The position numbers were made by a program, and so were the translations under genes. 64,000 nt of DNA from Lentisphaeraceae bacterium. Lineage in GTDB: Bacteria > Verrucomicrobiota > Kiritimatiellia > RFP12 > DVOR01. A model generated the notes under the pieces. That model was not told the origin of the DNA. It did not search any database and saw only the letters and a list, made by a program, of their open reading frames with translations. Shown here one piece after another: positions 28,001-34,485 of the stretch. The stretch spans positions 3,909 to 67,908 of the forward strand of contig SFJE01000004.1 of NCBI GenBank assembly GCA_004555175.1, in the 5' to 3' direction. Within the stretch, counting starts at the first letter, position 1. Each line of letters starts with the position of its first letter.

Positions 28001-28338
28001 GTGCCCGGGAAGATGAAGGCCACCTTGCCGCCCTCGAGGGCCAGCGGACGCGTGGTAAAGAAGATGCCCGACTTATCGCGCAGCCGCGTGCGGCCACTAC
28101 GCAGCGCGTTGAGGGCCATCGTCAGCTTGCGCGCCATCTCCTCGAGCGAGGCCACCCACAGCCCCACCACGCACTGCTTGCCGCGCGCATCCCGGGTGGC
28201 GGTGTAGACCACATCTATCAGCCGCACCCCGCGGCTGCGTTCCAGGAAGGATTGCACGCGTAGGATTTCGGCCTCCAGGCCGCTGAGGTCGCCCGCGCCA
28301 ATCAGGCAGAGGACGCCTTCGGAGCGTTCCAGGCTCAT
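25030..28338 (-). CDS. type I PKS-like multidomain protein: KS-AT linker, acyltransferase-like, dehydratase-like, C-terminal Sfp-type 4'-phosphopantetheinyl transferase; several catalytic motifs appear substituted
   Basis: N-terminal post-KS linker, then FIFPGTGS (AT GQGSQ-like). The GHSxG position reads GVGLG. DH motif is GPLL...FPFLNDYAIGTSGV, i.e. HxxxG with Tyr in place of His. C-terminal PPTase motifs RRLEWLLGRTAAKES, IGLDVESV and FWCAKEAISKALGTG. No ACP DSL motif found. Confidence 0.65.
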   Translation of the reverse strand: MSLERSEGVLCLIGAGDLSGLEAEILRVQSFLERSRGVRLIDVVYTATRDARGKQCVVGLWVASLEEMARKLTMALNALRSGRTRLRDKSGIFFTTRPLALEGGKVAFIFPGTGSFHLEMMRDLALTFDGVRERFDDMEEAFAGFCDVASPSEWLFSTAPEHTLPLSASRDFLPLLASASTYLASKVFADFLRGVGVQPAAVGGVGLGAFSAFHATHHDPKLRLVQILRDAGKMLLRLGTETATPWLQLTVSGFAVEKLRALAATSNGQLVVAQELTADDCVLAVAPDYRATVEAAIAEGGGLSVAEPLLAPFNTGARDIRLRQIFERFFSKYVTCEPQVTFFSAVTAQPMGHSTSSVVSALVDQMAEPLHFRQMIEAMYASGCRLFVEVGARGLLSPLIAKILAGREEPIATIPMHILHRSGGVQVGQAAGLLAAHGVPIDYSGLRFFAHAQRLDFDTPLAEGESETLTLRLTRELPAIRPELIDAHRILGMENALAEEATQATHAHALPSNFPATGLVGPLLRTAQELERTAERLELRCSLRLEDFPFLNDYAIGTSGVSLSDPQMRGLTLFSVPTGLEVMAEAAQRLLLASASGRSGNPVLCAITHLRAPRWLSFDFGQIDLRISVALSHDAPTELEGQTTLRVRLSTDASEGEAVHPVMEALFTFAPAVPEAPEAGELQPLVAPKQVNWDAREIYPGRLFQGPLLRNVRHVSGWGYNGLDYELRIPSRSATVRASRNPLFTAMPLLLDAVVSGFPLWRSHERFHGAISLPFRCQSIRYYAVWVPEGTRLRCALRLVNVTPRSFQVDIQVTDTAGHPILAIEAWEEMSGRAGRALRDFVMNPAKFFITQPLPATLLPDPTAEVVGALYVNDAPDFFVSNQELWLKALAAAVLTHNERENFAQMGGTAHRRLEWLLGRTAAKESVRRLLLQNFNLYEPAADIAIWKDALGKPHPVGEWQSQVSAPLDLTIAHTAGLILGASVLHGHIGLDVESVDRDLTEDFLRGVFTLEEQELATKSGDGPTAILRFWCAKEAISKALGTGIRFAPTDLRIRSSEAATGMLQMELLGAWADNFPHLRGKLIPIKTSILFGHAIACCLLA

Positions 28339-29735
28339 CGGTCAACCTCCTCAAGCACGGCCGCGCCGGCGCGTCCTTTGGCCGAGAGGGTGGAGACGGC
28401 CAGGCGCCGGGGCCGCGTGGAGGAGGCGATCCACGGCCGCGCCTCCTGCACCCAGTAGTAGGCCTGCTCGGGTTCGCGCAGGCGGAAGCTCTCATCCACT
28501 GGGGTGACCGAGGGCGGCAGCACGCGGTGGCTGATGGCGAGGATGCCCTTGAGCAGTCCCAGAGCTCCGGCGGCGGTAAAGGTGTGGCCAAAGGAGGTCT
28601 TGGCCGAGCCGAGGGCTAGGAGGGGAATGTGCGCGCCGCGGTTGGCGGTCATCCGGTGCAAGATGGCCTCCTCGGCAGCATCTTCGGCGGGGATGCCCGA
28701 GCCATTCATCTCCCAGTAGTCGATGTCGCGGAAGGCGTTGGGGAGGCGGCGCAGGGCGCGATGGAGGGCGCGGCGGAGGCTTTCGGGGAGACCGCCTTCG
28801 GCCTCTGGGGCAATGCCAGAGATCTGCGCGCAGCCGTGGAGCTTGGCGTAGACATTGGGCGAACCATTCTTCTGGACTTCGGCCAGGCGCCGGAGGATAA
28901 AGGCTGCGCCCCCTTCGCCGGGCAGGGTGCCCACGGTGCTGAGGGTAAAGGGTTTGAGTTCGCGGCCGGGGCAGAAGGGCGTCAGGGCCGCTTCGCCGGC
29001 CAGTTGGGTCTGTGAGAGGGGCGGCTGCAGGGCCACCACGATGGCTACATCGCACTGATTGAGGCGCAGCGCGTTGGAGGCGGCCTCCAGGCAGGCGAAG
29101 ACTGAACTTTCGCCGGCGGCGCACTGGCAGGCGGTGTCGCACGCGCCAAAGGTTTGGGCCAGTTGGCGGACCACGCCTTCGCCGCGCGCGAGTTCCGGTT
29201 GGCGGCGCTTGAGCAGGGGCAAGGTGGCGGTGAGTTCGCCGCGCAGGGCGGCCATTTGCTCGTAGCTGGCGGTGGGGAAGAAGCGCTGGAGGGTGCCGAC
29301 AATCTGGCCGATGACATTCGCGTGCCAGAGCCAGTTGACGGCGGCGGGGTTAAAGCCGGCATCGTAGCCAACGAAGAGGGCCATGCGGTCGGAGTGGCTC
29401 TCGCCGGGGGGAATGCCGGCATCGATGAGGGCGTCGTCAATGAGCTGGGCGGCGAACCAGAAGTCCGTGTTGTCCCCCACGCCCAAATCTGGCGGCAGGG
29501 GCACGCGGTCGGCGCGGACGGCAAAGCGCTCGCCGAGCGCGGCGGAGACTTCGGGGAGGACGCAATCGGGGAAGAGTTCCTCGGCGGTGTGGCCATCGGG
29601 CGCTTCGGGCAGCGGGGTGAAGAAGCTTTGCTTGCGCAGGATTGCCTTCCAGAGAGCCCGCGGGGTGGGCGCACCGCCAAAGCAACCGCTCAGGCCAGTA
29701 AAGACAACGCTATCGGAGAGTGTGAGCATGGCCAA
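28335..29735 (-). CDS. beta-ketoacyl synthase (type I PKS-type KS domain) as separate ORF; first catalytic His apparently Asn
   Basis: N-terminal VVFTGLSGCFGGAPTPRALWKAIL. Active-site Cys in GACDTACQCAAGESS. EMNGSGIP aligns to EAHGTGT. Second His retained in SFGHTFTAAGA. Stop overlaps the downstream start (ATGA). Confidence 0.7.
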   Translation of the reverse strand: MAMLTLSDSVVFTGLSGCFGGAPTPRALWKAILRKQSFFTPLPEAPDGHTAEELFPDCVLPEVSAALGERFAVRADRVPLPPDLGVGDNTDFWFAAQLIDDALIDAGIPPGESHSDRMALFVGYDAGFNPAAVNWLWHANVIGQIVGTLQRFFPTASYEQMAALRGELTATLPLLKRRQPELARGEGVVRQLAQTFGACDTACQCAAGESSVFACLEAASNALRLNQCDVAIVVALQPPLSQTQLAGEAALTPFCPGRELKPFTLSTVGTLPGEGGAAFILRRLAEVQKNGSPNVYAKLHGCAQISGIAPEAEGGLPESLRRALHRALRRLPNAFRDIDYWEMNGSGIPAEDAAEEAILHRMTANRGAHIPLLALGSAKTSFGHTFTAAGALGLLKGILAISHRVLPPSVTPVDESFRLREPEQAYYWVQEARPWIASSTRPRRLAVSTLSAKGRAGAAVLEEVDR

Positions 29736-29757
29736 GTGTGCGGCAGCGGGGGCGGGC

Positions 29758-30186
29758 TTAGGTGAAGTATTGCAGGCCCTCGGCCAGGACGCGCAGGAGC
29801 CGATCGAGCCGCGCGCAGGAGAGCTCTTCCACCGGGAACTTGCCCTCCAGCATCAGGTCGCCCTCGTTGGTGATTTCCTTATAGACCACTGCGCAACCGG
29901 TCAACCACTCGCCCAGGCGCAGTAGCCCGTAGGCCTCTTCGAGGTTCTGGGGCGGGCGGAGCCAGAGCTTGGCCGAAAGCGCCACCACCGCCCCGCCCTG
30001 CGAGATCTCCGGATTATCGATGAGTTCAAGCAGGCTCTCGCGCAAGACCGGATGGGTGAAGGCCCAAACAGCATAGCCTGGGGTCTTGGTTACTTCCACA
30101 AAGCCTGGCGCGCGGTCGTGCAACCACGCTTCAGCCACCGGAATCTCCTTTGCAAAGTCACAAGAGGGTTTCGCGTTCTGTTTCAT
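29758..30186 (-). CDS. hypothetical protein (142 aa) upstream of KS gene
   Basis: Clean ORF with non-repetitive composition, but no recognisable motif. Confidence 0.4.
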   Translation of the reverse strand: MKQNAKPSCDFAKEIPVAEAWLHDRAPGFVEVTKTPGYAVWAFTHPVLRESLLELIDNPEISQGGAVVALSAKLWLRPPQNLEEAYGLLRLGEWLTGCAVVYKEITNEGDLMLEGKFPVEELSCARLDRLLRVLAEGLQYFT

Positions 30187-30306
30187 ACAGCAGGAATGTT
30201 AGCACGCTTGCAGGCGCTTGGCAAGCGGGGGAGAGGGGGAGAGAGCTGCTAGCTGTTAGCCATTAGCTGTTAGCTCGCTAACCGCTAGCCGCTAACGGCT
30301 AACCGC

Positions 30307-30966
30307 TTATTGACGCGCGAGGAGCGCGTCAAGATTTCCCACGCCCAGGCGCTCGCAGCCCATGGCCAGATAGGCTTCGGCATCGGCGCGGGTGCGGATG
30401 CCGCCGGAGGCCTTGACCTTGATCTTGCCCTTGGCGGCCTTGAGCATTGTCTGGACGGCCTCGGGGGTGGCGCCGTGGGCGGCGAAGCCGGTGGAGGTTT
30501 TGACGAAGGCGGCCCCGGCCTTGATGGCGCAGGCAACGCCCTTGCGGATTTCGGCGGGGGTGAGCAGGCAGGTTTCGAGGATGACCTTGACGGGGTGGGG
30601 CCAGACGGCGGTCACAACGGCGTGAATTTCGTCGGTGATGCCTTCGGTGTCGCCATCCTTGAGGGCGGAGACGTTGATGACCATGTCAATCTCCTCGGCG
30701 CCGTGGGCGATGGCGAGTTGGGCTTCCATCGCCTTGAGGGTGCCGAGGGTGTTGCCATGCGGGAAGCCAACTACGGCCGCGACGATGGTCTCGCTCTCGC
30801 GCAGGCATTCGGCGGCGAAGCGGACGTCGCAGCTCTTGACGCAGAGGCAGCCCACGCCGAGTTCGCGGCAGCGCTCGGCCGCTTCGTGGAGTTGCTCCAT
30901 CGAGGCTTCGGGCTTGAGGATGGCGTAATCGAGGGTCTTGAGGAGGGCTTTATCGGTCATCTTCAA
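30307..30966 (-). CDS. deoC: deoxyribose-phosphate aldolase
   Basis: Class I aldolase motifs VVGFPHGN, FVKTSTGF and KASGGIRT. ~219 aa. Confidence 0.85.
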   Translation of the reverse strand: MKMTDKALLKTLDYAILKPEASMEQLHEAAERCRELGVGCLCVKSCDVRFAAECLRESETIVAAVVGFPHGNTLGTLKAMEAQLAIAHGAEEIDMVINVSALKDGDTEGITDEIHAVVTAVWPHPVKVILETCLLTPAEIRKGVACAIKAGAAFVKTSTGFAAHGATPEAVQTMLKAAKGKIKVKASGGIRTRADAEAYLAMGCERLGVGNLDALLARQ

Positions 30967-30967
30967 C

Positions 30968-31837
30968 TCACTTCTTTTGGAGGCACTGGAAACGGCAGGT
31001 GAGGGTGTGGCTTTCGCCGGGGGCGAGGGTAATCTGGCCGCCGGTGTGGTGCGGGTTGGCCGGCTCCACGCAGACGAAGTGGCGCGGAGCTTCTAGGGGC
31101 AAATCGCCAAAGGCGTGGTCCAGCGGCGGGTGCCAGACCACGACGGCCGCCGCCTCATCGGCCGCCACCGCCACGGTGCGCTCAAGGATGGGGTCCTCCA
31201 GCGCGGCCAGGACGTCGGGCTGCGGGAAGACGGTGTCGATGCCCGTTTCGTCGGAGAAGGTGATGAGGCGATTGTCGATGCCCTGTAGCCGCGCTTGGCG
31301 GGCATCGCCCAGGCGCAGATAGGCGTGGAGCGCCTCGCCGAAGGTGAAGGGCACCTCGCCGCGGTTGCGGGTCTGCAGGTCGAGCGTCAGGCAGTCGCCC
31401 AGGGTGATGGTCAGGCGCAGTCGATAGGGGAAGGGGAAGGCTGGGTCGGTGGCCTCGGCATCGGTCAGCTCCAAGGTCAGCGCGGTTTCGTTGGCGCTAT
31501 ACTCGCTCTCGACCGGGTGCCAGAGGGCGCGGCGGGCGAAGCCGTGGGCGGGCGAACCGGGCGGGTAGCCCGCCGGCGCGGCGCCAAACCACGGCCAGCA
31601 GATGGGAATGCCGCCGCGGATGGCCTTCCCGGCCGAGAAGTCTGCCAGGGGGCTCAGGTAGAGCGCGTCGCGGTGCCCGAGGGGGCGGTAGGAGAGCACC
31701 TGGCCGCCGTGGAGGGCTACTTCGCAGACGGCCTTCGGGGCCACCAAGGCAACAATCGCGCCCTCGCCGGGACCCTCCCGGAAGGCGATCCGCCCGGCTG
31801 CACCAAAGCGGCGATTGAGATCTAGAATATCGTTCAT
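30968..31837 (-). CDS. D-hexose-6-phosphate mutarotase (aldose 1-epimerase family, YeaD-like)
   Basis: GGIPICWPWFG motif and overall ~290 aa size typical of the glucose-6-phosphate 1-epimerase family. Confidence 0.7.
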   Translation of the reverse strand: MNDILDLNRRFGAAGRIAFREGPGEGAIVALVAPKAVCEVALHGGQVLSYRPLGHRDALYLSPLADFSAGKAIRGGIPICWPWFGAAPAGYPPGSPAHGFARRALWHPVESEYSANETALTLELTDAEATDPAFPFPYRLRLTITLGDCLTLDLQTRNRGEVPFTFGEALHAYLRLGDARQARLQGIDNRLITFSDETGIDTVFPQPDVLAALEDPILERTVAVAADEAAAVVVWHPPLDHAFGDLPLEAPRHFVCVEPANPHHTGGQITLAPGESHTLTCRFQCLQKK

Positions 31838-31860
31838 CGGGAGTCCTTTGGGGAGTGAAT

Positions 31861-32000
31861 AGCTGACAGCGGACAGCGGACAGTTACCAGCGCTGGCGCT
31901 CGAGGAGGAAGCCCCGTCTGAGCCGTGAAAACATTCTCATTGGGCCATCAACCTTTCCGTCGCGTTAGCGGCTGTCATCTGTCATCTGTTATCTGTCATC
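31861..32000. repeat. composite heptamer-array element, copy B (CNGACAG x3, conserved core, CTGTNAT x4)
   Basis: ctgacagcggacagcggacag at 31863-31883. Core cagcgctggcgctcga, ccccgtctgagccgtga and tccgtcgcgttagcggctgtc. Right arm ctgtcatctgtcatctgttatctgtcatc at 31972-31999. Homologous to 22262-22416. Confidence 0.8.
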
Positions 32001-32003
32001 TCT

Positions 32004-32255
32004 TCAATACAGCTTCTCAAAGGCGCCTTTGTCGACGCGTTTGAGTTTGTGGAAGCCGGCGGACTTGGCGCGGTCGTCGAGTTTGGATTTGCTGCGGCCG
32101 AGGGCGGGGGCGGAGATGAGTTTGACGATAGGTGCACCGCACTCGGGGCAGGCGGTGAGCGGGGGCTCATCGAGCCGGCGCATGGCCTCGAAGCCCGCGC
32201 GGCAGACTGGGCAGGCGTGCGCGGGGTCCTGGGCCTGATAGTCATACATCGGCAT
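32004..32255 (-). CDS. FmdB-family zinc-ribbon protein
   Basis: 83 aa with MPMYDYQ..CPVC...CPECG, the two CxxC pairs characteristic of the FmdB putative regulatory protein family. Confidence 0.8.
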   Translation of the reverse strand: MPMYDYQAQDPAHACPVCRAGFEAMRRLDEPPLTACPECGAPIVKLISAPALGRSKSKLDDRAKSAGFHKLKRVDKGAFEKLY

Positions 32256-32261
32256 AGGGCG

Positions 32262-34196
32262 TTAGACCTCGAAGTAGGTATAGCCGCGCAGGCCGTTGGC
32301 GTAGGCGGCGAGGATGCGCCGGCGTTCGACGGGGGTGATGCGCTTGGCCTTCATCGCGCTATCAGTCAGCCGGCGGAAGCGGGAGACGAGCTCGGACGTG
32401 TTGTATTCCACATAGGAGAGGACCTCCTCGACGGTGTCGCCCTCCACCTCATCGGTGAACTCAATGTCGCCATCTTCGTCCAGGCGGATGGAGACGATGT
32501 TGGTGTCGCCAAAGAGGTTATGGAGGTCGCCCAAGGTCTCCTGATAGGCGCCAACGAGGAAGGCGCCGAGGATGTACTCTTCGCCCTCGCGGAGCTCGTG
32601 GAGGGGGAGGGCGTGCTTGACGTCGTGCAGGTCGATGAACTTATCAATCTGCCCATCGCAATCGCAGGTGATGTCGGAGAGGTGCGCGCTGCGGGTTGGC
32701 TTTTCGCAGAGGCGGTGGATGGGCATAATCGGGAAGAGCTGGTCGATGGCCCACGCGTCGGGCAGGGATTGGAAGACCGAGAAGTTGCAGTAGTAAATGT
32801 CGGCCATCGCCTCGTCCAGCCCCAGGAGGTCTTCAGGCACATACTTGAGCTTGGGCACCTCGGCGCGGATGCGGGTGAGGATCGACCAGAAGAGGCGGTC
32901 GGCAGCCGCGTGCTGGCGCAGGGTGATGAGGCCTTGCTTGAAGGCCTTTTGCACCTCTTCGCGGTAGTAGAGCGCGTCGTTGAAGTATTCGGGAAGGTTT
33001 TTGGTGCGCAGGTTCTTGGCCACATCGAGCAGGTTGACGATGCACTCGGGGGCGTTTGGTTCGGCCAGGATCGGGTCGATGGCCGTCTCGTTGACCTCAA
33101 AGGTCGCCGTGCCTAGGACGTCCATCAGCAGCACCGAGTAGTAGCCAATGAGCGCGCGGCCTGATTCGCTGATAATGGTGGGGTGGGGGACGTTGGCGTG
33201 GTCGCAGGCGAGCATAATGCCCTCGACCACGTCGGCGCAATATTCGGAGATGTCGTAGTTCGCCGAGGATTCGAAGTTGGTGTGGCTGCCATCGTAGTCA
33301 ATGGCCAGGCCCCCGCCAATATCAAAGATGCCCATCGGCGCGCCCTCTTTCACCAGCCCCACATAGAAGCGCGAGGCCTCCTTAATCGTATCGCGGATTT
33401 CGCGGATGTTGGGCACCTGCGAGCCGAGGTGATAGTGGAGCATCTCCAGGCAGTCGAGCCGCCCGGCCGCCTTGAGCTTGTCCACCGCTAGAATCAACTG
33501 GCTCGCGGTCAATCCAAAAACCGAGCGATCCCCCCCGCTCTCGCTCCACTTGCCGCCCACCTTACTGCTAAGCTTGACGCGCACGCCAATGCGCGGCTTG
33601 ACCTTCAGCTCATCGGCCACCGCCAGCACAATGTCCAGCTCCTCGAGCGATTCGAGCACTAGCATCGTCTGCAAGCCCATCTTGAGCGAGGAGAGCGCCA
33701 GGCGCGCAAACTCTTCATCCTTATAGCCATTGCAGACAATGTAGGCCTCCGGATCGTGCATATACGCCAGCGCCGCAATGAGTTCGGCCTTCGACCCGGC
33801 CTCCAGTCCGTGGTGGTAGGCCCGGCCAAAGGTGACCACATCCTGCACCGCCTGCTGTTGCTGGTTGACCTTGATGGGGTAGACGCCCCGATAGACGCCG
33901 CGATACTTGTAATCGGCAATCGCCTTGCCAAAGGCTTCGTTGATGACCTTGATGCGAGAAGCAAGAATGTCGCTAAAGCGCAGGAGCACCGGCAGGCTCA
34001 TCCCCCGTTCATAGAGTTCGGTCACAATCCGCTCAATCGGCACATCCACCGGCTTGCCGCTCTTCTGCAGCCGAACCGTCACCTTGCCCTCCGGCGACAC
34101 GCTAAAATAACCGTGCCCCCAAGCATCCACACCATACAGCTCGGCACTCTTGACTGCATTCCAGCCATTCAAAGCATCCGTCACGCCTTTTGCCAT
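32262..34196 (-). CDS. speA: biosynthetic arginine decarboxylase
   Basis: Start MAKGVTDALNGWNAVKSAELYGVDAWGHGYF at 34196 follows a GGAG RBS; the upstream 158 aa of the track ORF are out of context. PLP-dependent Orn/Arg decarboxylase fold with the SpeA-specific N-terminus, ~644 aa. Confidence 0.85.
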   Translation of the reverse strand: MAKGVTDALNGWNAVKSAELYGVDAWGHGYFSVSPEGKVTVRLQKSGKPVDVPIERIVTELYERGMSLPVLLRFSDILASRIKVINEAFGKAIADYKYRGVYRGVYPIKVNQQQQAVQDVVTFGRAYHHGLEAGSKAELIAALAYMHDPEAYIVCNGYKDEEFARLALSSLKMGLQTMLVLESLEELDIVLAVADELKVKPRIGVRVKLSSKVGGKWSESGGDRSVFGLTASQLILAVDKLKAAGRLDCLEMLHYHLGSQVPNIREIRDTIKEASRFYVGLVKEGAPMGIFDIGGGLAIDYDGSHTNFESSANYDISEYCADVVEGIMLACDHANVPHPTIISESGRALIGYYSVLLMDVLGTATFEVNETAIDPILAEPNAPECIVNLLDVAKNLRTKNLPEYFNDALYYREEVQKAFKQGLITLRQHAAADRLFWSILTRIRAEVPKLKYVPEDLLGLDEAMADIYYCNFSVFQSLPDAWAIDQLFPIMPIHRLCEKPTRSAHLSDITCDCDGQIDKFIDLHDVKHALPLHELREGEEYILGAFLVGAYQETLGDLHNLFGDTNIVSIRLDEDGDIEFTDEVEGDTVEEVLSYVEYNTSELVSRFRRLTDSAMKAKRITPVERRRILAAYANGLRGYTYFEV

Positions 34197-34297
34197 GCTC
34201 ACTCTCCGTTCTCTGCAATTCACCCCCGCACGGGGACTTGCACCAAAGTATAGCACACTCTGTTGTCTGTCGCTGAGAGAGAAGAGGACGGATGACG

Positions 34298-34382
34298 GAA
34301 GATCCGGAAGCTCCGGAAAGCCCGGAAGCTCCGGAAAATCCGGGAAATCCCGGAAAGCCCGGAAAACCCGGGAAAGCCCGGC
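34298..34382. repeat. tandem repeat, ~9 units of CCGGAAA(G/A)C-like 9-11-mers, in the divergent speA / C10-peptidase intergenic region
   Basis: atccggaagctccggaaagcccggaagctccggaaaatccgggaaatcccggaaagcccggaaaacccgggaaagcccgg. A related tccggaatctccgggaatctccggatgatccgg occurs at 63181-63213. Confidence 0.8.
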
Positions 34383-34485
34383 GCCTCCACCCGCTGCCCC
34401 AAGCCTCTCCGTTGCGGCACGTGCGCTGTCCGCGCGCTTTTTGCTACGCTGTGTCCACTTGAAATCTTGCACGGAAGGGTGAGAC

